NCBI GenBank assembly: GCA_019637995.1
Contig: JAHBUQ010000002.1
Span: 323,428 to 387,427, forward strand
Source: Ignavibacteriota bacterium
Lineage (GTDB): Bacteria; Bacteroidota; Ignavibacteria; Kapaibacteriales; UBA2268
Direction: 5' to 3'
Length of the DNA: 64,000 nt
The position numbers and the translations under genes were made by a program. Shown here piece after piece: positions 20,325 through 28,636 of the stretch. The number at the start of each line of letters is the position of its first letter. Position 1 is the first letter of the stretch. The notes beneath the pieces are model-generated. The model made no database searches. It saw nothing but the letters and a program-made list of their open reading frames with translations, and was not told the DNA's origin.

Positions 20325-21697
20325 TGAAAATAATTTTTATCATATTATCATTATTATTTGTGATTTTAATTTCGTCCTGTGGCTCTCTGACACGAACGGA
20401 GCAGGATGTGTATACAATAACCGATAAAGATACAATTTTCACTTATCATGTTCGCAATAATCCGGGCAATCGCGATAATGGTGTTATTTATCCATCATCT
20501 AAAGTCGTAATGCCTGAACGGGAGTTAATGCAACTTGACTCAATTGTCGAAAGATTCTATCCCGATTTTATCAGATTCGGCTTTTTTGAAAGTGTTGGAA
20601 CAATAGGCGGAAACAGTGATTTTGGAATTGGAACCGGTTTATTGGGCATTTTTCCTGATTTGGATAAAGTAACAGATACATACCGTGGAAATTCAAATTC
20701 CATTTTCACTGGTGGAATCTACAGAATTGGAATTTTTGAACATCGCTTGAGGTGGTTTCGGGATTCAAAAAACTGGACTCTCGGCACTCACGGATTAGAA
20801 TTTTTATTACCTGATGCACGTGGTGAGAATATGCTATTTAGTGTTCTGCCTGTTTATCTTAGAAAGAGGTACTACATCAGCGAAGAGATACCATATCTGT
20901 CAATTACTCCATCAATAGGGTTTGGCTTTTATCCTTCACTTTATACAAATATTTCAGGTAGTATTGAATTTGGTTCAATTGGTGGATTAAATCTACGAGC
21001 TTATCTAGGACTTGCAGCAGGATATAACCCAACATACTCCCCACAAATTCGCAATAATGATTTTCAGAACCGAAATGAAGGAATAACCTCGGTGTTTCCA
21101 TATTTTGGAATAGGAATATCATTTTTAGATTTTCATAATTTAGTTCGTGAAACAGAGACAGAATGGAAAGACCACGAACATTCATCATGGAATATTGGAT
21201 TGGTTCAATTTGCATTTCTGAGAGGCAGTTCAGTAAATTCAATTACCGATAATGAAATTTTTACCGGATTTCAGTTTAAACTTGCTAATTCATATCTTGC
21301 CATACCCCATAAAAATAACAAGATTTTTCTCGGCACTTCACTTCTGAATATGATGATTTTGGGCAGAGAATCCTGGGGAATTGGCATATTGCCAATCAGA
21401 GCCGGCTATTGGTTCGTTCTTGCCCATGACGAGCTATCTGCCGAACCATTCTTAGAAATCAGTTATTTCCCTTCATCTATGATTAATACCGGTATCAAGT
21501 TAAATCTCGTTATAAGTGAATCAATAAATTTCGGTCTTATTGCCGGATATGCAAGCGGTTCTACAACTATCAACCTTCCAGCCGGATTAATTGGCGATTA
21601 TGGAATTACAAAAAACTTTTCAAATTTTTATCTTGGACTTAATTTTGGATTACTTGACAGGATATTTTATCCTCATGAATTGAGGTATAACAAATGA
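20321..21697 (+). CDS. Hypothetical lipoprotein with an internally duplicated beta-rich domain
   Basis: ISSC lipobox; two similar halves (see findings); start overlaps the upstream stop (TGATG). Confidence 0.7.
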   Translation: MMKIIFIILSLLFVILISSCGSLTRTEQDVYTITDKDTIFTYHVRNNPGNRDNGVIYPSSKVVMPERELMQLDSIVERFYPDFIRFGFFESVGTIGGNSDFGIGTGLLGIFPDLDKVTDTYRGNSNSIFTGGIYRIGIFEHRLRWFRDSKNWTLGTHGLEFLLPDARGENMLFSVLPVYLRKRYYISEEIPYLSITPSIGFGFYPSLYTNISGSIEFGSIGGLNLRAYLGLAAGYNPTYSPQIRNNDFQNRNEGITSVFPYFGIGISFLDFHNLVRETETEWKDHEHSSWNIGLVQFAFLRGSSVNSITDNEIFTGFQFKLANSYLAIPHKNNKIFLGTSLLNMMILGRESWGIGILPIRAGYWFVLAHDELSAEPFLEISYFPSSMINTGIKLNLVISESINFGLIAGYASGSTTINLPAGLIGDYGITKNFSNFYLGLNFGLLDRIFYPHELRYNK

Positions 21698-22281
21698 TTA
21701 AATATTTGATAACATTGTCTCTTATTTCAATACTCTTTTCCGGATGTCACCCTGATAAATTCACACTCAATCGCCATGACCAGTATCGGGTAATTGGAAC
21801 AATACTTGGTGATTTGGATTCTTTCAAGCAAATTAATGATAACAGCTTCTCTCTCAAAGATGGCGCTATAGCACTTAAATGTCAAAGAGTAACACAACTG
21901 GATATTCATTTTAATTACGAAGTCAGGACAGGAGATAAGATTGACTTCTATTTGAGAAATATTGAAAATAAATTTGATCCAGAAAAAGGGCTGAAAATCA
22001 CTATCTCTAAAAGTGGCACTGAAGTCAGGGAAGATGATAAATTGATATTGGAAGATAAGGATACAAAGCTCACTTTTGGTAAAACTGCATATATAAATTT
22101 CAGAAATGTAGGAAATATATTAAACTTTCGGCATAATTGTTCCGATATTAAAATTAAGAGCAGACTACCCGCTACTGAATATATGTTGATTTCAGCAGAT
22201 AAACAAAGCGAAATTTATTTTAGCGGAATGTACTTTGACAGAGTTTTAAAAACACCTGCAGAAATAATTTTAGGTTTTTGA
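21694..22281 (+). CDS. Hypothetical lipoprotein
   Basis: LFSGC lipobox; ATGA overlap with the upstream gene. Confidence 0.65.
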   Translation: MIKYLITLSLISILFSGCHPDKFTLNRHDQYRVIGTILGDLDSFKQINDNSFSLKDGAIALKCQRVTQLDIHFNYEVRTGDKIDFYLRNIENKFDPEKGLKITISKSGTEVREDDKLILEDKDTKLTFGKTAYINFRNVGNILNFRHNCSDIKIKSRLPATEYMLISADKQSEIYFSGMYFDRVLKTPAEIILGF

Positions 22282-22291
22282 AAAAAAATCC

Positions 22292-22318
22292 TAAAGTTTT
22301 CTTCAAGTAAGACGATAT
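22292..22318 (+). promoter_or_regulatory. Sigma28 (FliA)-type promoter of flagellin
   Basis: TAAAGTTT-N11-GACGATAT versus the consensus TAAAGTTT-N11-GCCGATAA; 75 nt upstream of the fliC ATG. Confidence 0.8.
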
Positions 22319-22345
22319 GAATAAGTGGATGAAAAAATATCAATC

Positions 22346-22388
22346 GGCAGGATGCCCGGCAATAATTAATTTAACTTTACATGGAGGT
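22346..22388 (+). promoter_or_regulatory. Putative CsrA-binding sites in the flagellin leader
   Basis: Hairpin GGC-AGGAT-GCC (22346-22356) and TTACATGGAGGT (22377-22388) overlapping the SD; both resemble the RUACARGGAUGU consensus. Confidence 0.6.
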
Positions 22389-22393
22389 TTATT

Positions 22394-23353
22394 ATGGCTA
22401 CGGCTATATCCGGTGGATCAAGAATCCGCACAAACACGCCTGCTGAAAATGCTTACAACGCATTAAAAGCATCTAATGATAACATTGCACTTCGCCAGTT
22501 GAGACTGTCAACAGGTAAGAGAATCAACTCTGCGTCAGATGACGTTGCAGGTTATATCACTTCACGTGCCTTACAGGCTCGTAACACATCACTTAAATCA
22601 GCTCTTAAGTCAGTTGGTGAAGCCAAGAACGTGACTGCAATCGTTCAGGATTCACTTGACAACATTCAGAACCTTTTGAATGATATCAAACAGCTTGCTT
22701 CAAATGCTGCTTCTGGTGCACTTGGTACTGACGAAAAAGTGGCTCTTGCAAAAGGTGCTTTCCGTCTTGCAGAACAGATTCAAACTATTGTTGACTCGAC
22801 TGTATTTGGTGGTCGTGAACTTCTTGACGGTACATTCTCTGGTTCTTGGAATATCGGGTTTAAAGCAGATAATAGTCTATTGAATATTGACGTGAATCTT
22901 AAAGAAACTAATACTGATGATTTCAATATAGTTGGAGATGGTATAGCAACTGGTGAATTTAATTTGAATTCAACATCAGATTCTGGTGTATCAAATTTTG
23001 CAGCTGTTGAAGGTTTAAACTTAGCTGACTTGGATGGAGTTGCATCAGACGATCTTGATATATTTAGTGAAGCAAACATTGCAACAACCCTGCAGAGTTT
23101 ATCTACTGCTATCAACAATGTGAATAAAGTAGCATCTTATATTGGTGGTATTGATGCTCGTTTGACATCTCAGGAAAGTCTTTTGACTTCACAGATTACA
23201 AACTATAATGCTGCGATTTCAAGAATTGAAGATGCAGACGTTGCAGAAGAACAGTTAGAACTTATCAAATCACAGTTCTTACAACAGGCATCATTGGTGT
23301 CATTGACTCAGGCGAATCAGAATCCTCAGAATTTCCTCCAGCTCTTTAGATAA
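22394..23353 (+). CDS. fliC: Flagellin
   Basis: LRLSTGKRINSASDDVAG N-terminal motif, FGGRELLDG, SRIEDADVAEE...LQQA...QANQNPQ C-terminal motif. Confidence 0.95.
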   Translation: MATAISGGSRIRTNTPAENAYNALKASNDNIALRQLRLSTGKRINSASDDVAGYITSRALQARNTSLKSALKSVGEAKNVTAIVQDSLDNIQNLLNDIKQLASNAASGALGTDEKVALAKGAFRLAEQIQTIVDSTVFGGRELLDGTFSGSWNIGFKADNSLLNIDVNLKETNTDDFNIVGDGIATGEFNLNSTSDSGVSNFAAVEGLNLADLDGVASDDLDIFSEANIATTLQSLSTAINNVNKVASYIGGIDARLTSQESLLTSQITNYNAAISRIEDADVAEEQLELIKSQFLQQASLVSLTQANQNPQNFLQLFR

Positions 23354-23402
23354 GAGTAACAAGGAAGATTCAGGAATCTTCAAGGATGATGAAATAATTT
23401 AC

Positions 23403-23438
23403 GCAGGGTGGCGGTTATACCGCCGCCTTGCTTTGTTG
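23403..23438 (+). terminator. Intrinsic terminator after fliC
   Basis: GCAGGGTGGCGGT-TAT-ACCGCCGCCTTGC stem (with G-U pairs) followed by TTTGTTG. Confidence 0.75.
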
Positions 23439-23495
23439 ACATATAAAGGGTGTTTTGCTTATTTTATATTTTAAAAATAATTGTCAAAAATATGC

Positions 23496-23522
23496 TAAAG
23501 ATATTTGTTAAGCTGACGATAT
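23496..23522 (+). promoter_or_regulatory. Second sigma28-type promoter (fliS-fliD-flaG-fliT-flgM)
   Basis: TAAA-N15-GACGATAT; same -10 octamer and spacing as the fliC promoter. Confidence 0.75.
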
Positions 23523-23559
23523 TAAAGTAAAGTACAAAATAATTTTTCAGGAAATCAAT

Positions 23560-23910
23560 ATGTCAAATGTAGCACAAAAGTTAGCAGCTTCTAAAGTTTA
23601 CGGTGGTGAAAAAGGTAAAGTTCCGGCTTATTTAGAACAGGAAGTTCTTTCATGGAGCAAGGAAAAAATTATCCTCAAGATGTATGACTTATTCCTTGTC
23701 AGTGCCCGTAAGCAAGATTCGTCCAAAATGAATCGTGTTCTTGTCGAATTAATGAGCTCGCTGAATTTTGAATACGAAGAAGTGGCAACAAGACTTTATC
23801 GCTTGTACGAATACTGCCAAAGATGTGTGATGCAGAAAAAATTCGATGAAGCTTATACGATTATTAAAGAGTTGCGTGTTTCATGGGCAACAGCTTTTAA
23901 TCTCGAATAA
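23560..23910 (+). CDS. fliS: Flagellin export chaperone FliS
   Basis: IILKMYD, ELMSSLNFE, LYRLYEYC, IIKELRVSW; located between fliC and fliD. Confidence 0.82.
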   Translation: MSNVAQKLAASKVYGGEKGKVPAYLEQEVLSWSKEKIILKMYDLFLVSARKQDSSKMNRVLVELMSSLNFEYEEVATRLYRLYEYCQRCVMQKKFDEAYTIIKELRVSWATAFNLE

Positions 23911-23942
23911 TTATTTGAGATATATGTAGAGGAGAAAAGAAA

Positions 23943-25370
23943 ATGAGTTTAAATAGTGTATTACAAACTAATCAGTCTCAAACAGATTTACTTGTTGAGT
24001 CTTATAAAGCTACTCAGCAAAATAAAATTGATAGTTTGACTAACAGACGCACATTGTTGCAGTCTCGTCAGTCATTCTATACTAATTTAAATACCCGTAT
24101 TAATTCCCTCTCATCTCAGATTGATAAATTCAAAGCCGCAGATGCAATTGACAAATTCTTTGCCAAGTCTGTAACTTCATCTGATGCCTCTATTGCAACA
24201 GCAAGCTCAAAAAGCGATGGAACAATAGGCAATAATACTCTGAAAGTAAATCAACTTGCCTCTAATGATTTATTAATTACAAGTAGATTGAACCTTGGTG
24301 ATAACTTCGGAGAAGATGCCGGGGACAAAACTTTTGAGTTTACTATTGGCGACGTAACTAAAGAAGTTTCGGTAACTTTCGACGGTACAGAAACGAATGA
24401 GCAGGCAATGAAGAAAATTGTTCAGGCTATTAACAGCGCAGCTGACCTTGATATCAATGCCGCCTTTGTAAAAGATACTACAACTACCGGAAGATTATCT
24501 CTTACTGCTAAGAATACAGGCTCGGATAACCGTATCAGATTTTCGGAAAGTACAGTATTGGATAAATTAGGGCTCAATCCTACTGCTCTCCTTAGCGATA
24601 CGAATACAAGAGTTTTATCAACTGAAACCGGTGCCGGCTTCAGACGCGAAGATTTTTCTGATTTAGATGCTAAATTTGAGCTGAATAGTATCAATATTAC
24701 AAGAGGCTCTAATACTGTTACTGATGTTTTGGATGGCTTGACTATCAATCTGCTCAAAACCCAGGAACAGGATGCCAGTCCGATTACACTTTCGACAACT
24801 GTTAATACCAAATCAGTTGAAGATTTTGTAAAAGGCTTGCTCACATCTATAAATGATGTAATGTCAAGTATTAATCAAAATAAAGATATTCGCAGAAATG
24901 ACTCGGCAGTAACCGGACTACTCCAGAATTTGAGAAATGTTGCTCTAACTAAATTCACCGACTCTGCTGAAGACGGTTATCAATATTTGGTAGATGTTGG
25001 AATTAAGTTTGATAATAGCGGTTTTCTTGTGATTTCTGACAGCGATAAATTCAAAACCGCACTTGAATCTGACCCTCAGAAATTAGCTGATTTGTTTTCA
25101 GGAGAAAACGGCATAGCAAAGCGAGTCGAAGAGCTGATTTCTCCTTTCAAAGGAAATTCAGGATTGGTGTCGGAACGAAACAAAAATCTAAAAACTCAAA
25201 TTGATTCAACAAGTAAAAGACTCGCAGATACTGAAAGCAGAATTGAAACTCAGGCTAATGCTTTGAGAAGACAATATCAAAGTTATTTGAAACTCTTCTA
25301 TGAAGCACAGAATCAAAATACATATTTAAGCGGTTTCATTACACAAGGTAGTGAAAACGGATTATTCTAA
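23943..25370 (+). CDS. fliD: Flagellar filament cap protein FliD
   Basis: N-terminal coiled coil, SVTSSDASIATAS, LKVNQLA, DAKFELNSINITRGSNTVTDVLDGLTINL, LVDVGIKFD..G.L, C-terminal coiled coil. Confidence 0.9.
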   Translation: MSLNSVLQTNQSQTDLLVESYKATQQNKIDSLTNRRTLLQSRQSFYTNLNTRINSLSSQIDKFKAADAIDKFFAKSVTSSDASIATASSKSDGTIGNNTLKVNQLASNDLLITSRLNLGDNFGEDAGDKTFEFTIGDVTKEVSVTFDGTETNEQAMKKIVQAINSAADLDINAAFVKDTTTTGRLSLTAKNTGSDNRIRFSESTVLDKLGLNPTALLSDTNTRVLSTETGAGFRREDFSDLDAKFELNSINITRGSNTVTDVLDGLTINLLKTQEQDASPITLSTTVNTKSVEDFVKGLLTSINDVMSSINQNKDIRRNDSAVTGLLQNLRNVALTKFTDSAEDGYQYLVDVGIKFDNSGFLVISDSDKFKTALESDPQKLADLFSGENGIAKRVEELISPFKGNSGLVSERNKNLKTQIDSTSKRLADTESRIETQANALRRQYQSYLKLFYEAQNQNTYLSGFITQGSENGLF

Positions 25371-25392
25371 AACCTTTTAATTGAGGTGCATT

Positions 25393-25791
25393 ATGATTAG
25401 CGCTATTAGTGGATTGCCTGACCTTATGATTGACAAGCAGAACGATGTTCAGATTGAAATCGAAATGAACAATCGTGCACGGCTTGAAAATTCGAAAATA
25501 AATGGTCAGCCCAAAAGCGATTCCGAAACTCAGAAGGTTGAAGTTAAGGAAAAAAAATACAATCAGGAATCAATTGATGACTTGAATCGTGAACTTAGAG
25601 GCATTTTGGAAGGTAACCAACTAAATGTCGAATTCAAGTTTGAGAAAGAAGCAAATCAACTGATTATGAAACTGATTGACCAGGAAACTCAGGAAGTTGT
25701 TCGTCAGATGCCTCCTGAAATTATGCTTAAAATTGCAAAAATAGTATCGAATCAAATTGGCAGCGGAGCTCTGGCTGATGCTAAAGTATAA
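25393..25791 (+). CDS. flaG: FlaG family flagellar protein
   Basis: LNVEFKFEKEANQLIMKLIDQETQEVVRQMPPEIMLKIA; G.L.DAKV-like end; start set at the ATG after GAGGTG. Confidence 0.88.
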   Translation: MISAISGLPDLMIDKQNDVQIEIEMNNRARLENSKINGQPKSDSETQKVEVKEKKYNQESIDDLNRELRGILEGNQLNVEFKFEKEANQLIMKLIDQETQEVVRQMPPEIMLKIAKIVSNQIGSGALADAKV

Positions 25792-25798
25792 CGAAGCG

Positions 25799-26122
25799 AT
25801 GAAACTACTGAATTCTACTTATGAAATTACGTTAGGAATTCAGGCATTTCTATGTGATTCTGCAGAAGACCACTTCGCAGATATCGCCTCGTATTATACT
25901 GCCAGAAAACCAATTTTAGATGAGTTAAGTAAGTATCTTTCATCTCCTGAAGTTGGTACTTTAACTCAACGGCAACGTGAGCTTATGAATGATAAAATTC
26001 AGGAAGTAATCACATTCGATAAACAAAATATTGCATTGATTGATGAGAAAGTCAAAATTGCAAAAAATTCGATTAAAAAGTTAAATAGTCAAAAATCATT
26101 GTTAATTTATAGCAAGAGCTGA
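25799..26122 (+). CDS. FliT-like FliD chaperone (putative)
   Basis: About 107-aa all-helical protein between flaG and flgM; RKPILDEL and I..FD..NI..I patterns; assignment is largely positional. Confidence 0.5.
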   Translation: MKLLNSTYEITLGIQAFLCDSAEDHFADIASYYTARKPILDELSKYLSSPEVGTLTQRQRELMNDKIQEVITFDKQNIALIDEKVKIAKNSIKKLNSQKSLLIYSKS

Positions 26123-26124
26123 AA

Positions 26125-26376
26125 ATGAAAATAAACTCTGTTAATACACTTGCCAATATATACGGGCTCAAAAATGAAACTGAATCCCGTAAAGCAGCTG
26201 TTGATAATAAAGCAAGCAGCTCTTCGGAAAGAATAAATAAAAGTGATAAACTTGAAATTTCTGATGATATCAAAAAAATTCGTCTAATAAAGTCAAGACT
26301 TGAAGATGGAACTTATAACAATAGAGATATTGACTTGGAAATCGCAAGCAGAATATTAGAATACGCAGAGATTTAA
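26125..26376 (+). CDS. flgM: Anti-sigma28 factor FlgM (compact)
   Basis: MKIN start, DKLEIS, KIRLIKSRLEDGTY...IASRIL C-terminal FlgM pattern. Confidence 0.72.
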   Translation: MKINSVNTLANIYGLKNETESRKAAVDNKASSSSERINKSDKLEISDDIKKIRLIKSRLEDGTYNNRDIDLEIASRILEYAEI

Positions 26377-26400
26377 TTTTTTTTGTTATTTTTGTAATCT

Positions 26401-26438
26401 AAAATTTTCCATTAAATATAATGGAAAATTTTTTTTTG
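26401..26438 (+). terminator. AT-rich hairpin/terminator after flgM
   Basis: Perfect 14-bp inverted repeat AAAATTTTCCATTA-AATA-TAATGGAAAATTTT followed by a T run. Confidence 0.55.
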
Positions 26439-26523
26439 TTATAGATGTAATTTATAATGATAATTTCGTCTATTCTCTTTAACAAATATTTATTCATTAC
26501 GATATTACGGGATTGGAACACTT

Positions 26524-26988
26524 ATGTCGAGAGCACTTAACAAAGTAATGTTGATTGGAAATGTTGGAAAACAGCCTGAATTAAAACATACTCCTTCGGG
26601 AATTCCGGTAGCTCATTTCAGATTAGCCACATCTGAATCATGGAGGGACAAAGATGGTAATTTTGCAGAGCATACTGACTGGCACACTATTGTAGCATGG
26701 CGTTCTCTTGCTGAAATTGTAATGAAAATAGTTCATAAAGGCACCAGAATATTTGTTGAGGGTAAATTACGAACTCGTAAATTCGAAGATAAAAATAATG
26801 TTAAAAGATTTTATGTTGAAATAATTGCAGATAATATCCTGCTTCTGGATAATAAGAGATTTTCGCGAGATAATTCAGAAAACCATACCGATGCTGATAA
26901 TGTGAACGATGATTATGATTTTGACTATGATAATCAAAATGATAGTGCTTTCGGCAATTTTAACAATGATGATGAGCTTTTATATTAA
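26524..26988 (+). CDS. ssb: Single-stranded DNA-binding protein
   Basis: LNKVMLIGNVG, FRLATSESW, TDWHTIVAWR, VEGKLRTRKF; atypical tail ending DDELLY. Confidence 0.93.
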   Translation: MSRALNKVMLIGNVGKQPELKHTPSGIPVAHFRLATSESWRDKDGNFAEHTDWHTIVAWRSLAEIVMKIVHKGTRIFVEGKLRTRKFEDKNNVKRFYVEIIADNILLLDNKRFSRDNSENHTDADNVNDDYDFDYDNQNDSAFGNFNNDDELLY

Positions 26989-27002
26989 AATATTTTAAAT
27001 GA

Positions 27003-27950
27003 ATGAAAAATCAAAAAAATAAGGAAATAACAGTAGGCATTGTAACTTTTATTGCACTTGCATTGCTATTTTTAGGTATTTCACTTGGGAAAGGATATAA
27101 AGTTACATCCGAAGACAGACTTTTAAAAATCAGATTTCCAAACTCAGGCGGTGTGCAGGTATCAGAACCGGTAGTAGTAAATGGAGTTAAGCGCGGCAGT
27201 ATTATTAATGTAAAAAATGATAACTCATCAGTGCTTATAACTGTAATGCTTGATAATTATAACGATATCAAATCTGATGCAAATGCAAAAATTACTTTAC
27301 TTGAAATCACCGGTGGAAAGAAAATCGAAATTAATCCGGGCGTTGAATCACAAAAATTTAATATTCAGAATGAAATGACAGGATTTACTCCTCCTGATAT
27401 TGCGCAGCTGGTAACTTTGGTTGGCGAAGTTTCTGGTGATGCTGTTATGTTAGTTAGAAGGCTTGATACAATTGCAGCATCAGCAACAGATTTGCTTGCA
27501 GATGGCGAAGTTCTGAAAGACATTCGCTTAACAGCTAAAAATGCAGCTGAACTCTCTGCGAATCTGAATAATTTCCTTGATAATAATTATACTAAGCTTG
27601 ATAATTCAATTAGTAATCTGAATTTACTGACTGAAAGCCTTAGAAAAGCTGTTGATAAACACGAACCTACAGTTGCCAATATACTTGGTGATATTGATAC
27701 AGCTTTAGATGATGTCAAAATTTTACTTAAAAATGTTGATACAACTATAGCCGGTGCTAACGATTTGATTGCGAATGTAAATACAATTGCAGTTGACCTT
27801 AGAAATGGAAGTGGATTTGCCAGTAAACTTCTATATGATAAAGAGCTTATGAATAAATTAGACAGTGCATTTATCAATCTTTCCATTCTTCTTGAACAAG
27901 TAAATAATCACGGAGTGAATGTTAATGTTCGACTTGGAACAAGACCATAA
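27003..27950 (+). CDS. MCE/MlaD-family lipid transport subunit
   Basis: N-terminal TM helix, GGVQVSEPVVVNGVKRG MCE motif, long helical region, G.ASKLLYDKEL. Confidence 0.88.
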   Translation: MKNQKNKEITVGIVTFIALALLFLGISLGKGYKVTSEDRLLKIRFPNSGGVQVSEPVVVNGVKRGSIINVKNDNSSVLITVMLDNYNDIKSDANAKITLLEITGGKKIEINPGVESQKFNIQNEMTGFTPPDIAQLVTLVGEVSGDAVMLVRRLDTIAASATDLLADGEVLKDIRLTAKNAAELSANLNNFLDNNYTKLDNSISNLNLLTESLRKAVDKHEPTVANILGDIDTALDDVKILLKNVDTTIAGANDLIANVNTIAVDLRNGSGFASKLLYDKELMNKLDSAFINLSILLEQVNNHGVNVNVRLGTRP

Positions 27951-27964
27951 GAGGAAATTCTAAG

Positions 27965-28627
27965 ATGTCTCAGAAACCCACACCCGTTGATGACCGTTTG
28001 TTTGAATATCTGAAACAAAATTTCTCTTCAGAAGATGATTTTTTGCGAAATCTTGTCGAAGAAGCAAGAACTGAAGGTATTCCCGATATAAGCATATCAC
28101 CAGAACAAGGGCTTTTTATGCAGTTCATTTTGAAATCTATTAAAGCCAGAAACATTCTGGAACTTGGAACCTTAGCAGGATATTCTGCCATAACAATGGC
28201 AAGGGCTCTGCCTGATGATGCTAAGATTATTACCATAGAAAACGAATTTAAGCACGCTGTTTTTGCTGTAAAGAAAGTTAAAGAAGCGGGACTGGAAAAC
28301 ATCATTGAAGTCCAAAACAGTGACGCTCTTGAATTTTTAAGAATATACAATCCTGAAAATAAATTCGATTTTATATTTGTTGATGCTGATAAACCAAATT
28401 ATGCGAGGTATCTTGATTTTTTGACACCAATGTTAAGAGTTGGCGGTATTTTTGCCGCAGATAATGCTTTTGCCTTCGGATTTGTAGCAAGTTCTGCTCC
28501 GGAAAGAAATCCCGAAGATGTGAAATCAATTACAGGCTTCAATAACTACTTCCGAAATCATGAACAGTACTCTGTTTGTATGGTTCCGGTCGGTGATGGA
28601 ATAATTATGGGTGTCAAAATAAAATAG
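27965..28627 (+). CDS. O-methyltransferase (class I SAM-dependent, COMT/YrrM-like)
   Basis: ILELGTLAGYSA, FDFIFVDADKPNY, GGIFAADN, VPVGDG. Confidence 0.9.
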   Translation: MSQKPTPVDDRLFEYLKQNFSSEDDFLRNLVEEARTEGIPDISISPEQGLFMQFILKSIKARNILELGTLAGYSAITMARALPDDAKIITIENEFKHAVFAVKKVKEAGLENIIEVQNSDALEFLRIYNPENKFDFIFVDADKPNYARYLDFLTPMLRVGGIFAADNAFAFGFVASSAPERNPEDVKSITGFNNYFRNHEQYSVCMVPVGDGIIMGVKIK

Positions 28628-28636
28628 GTCAGTGTC

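Noticed and set aside
26479-26505. Sigma28-like TTAA-N15-TACGATAT upstream of ssb
   Set aside because: Mismatches in both boxes compared with the two clear copies, very close to the start codon, in AT-rich DNA; chance is likely.
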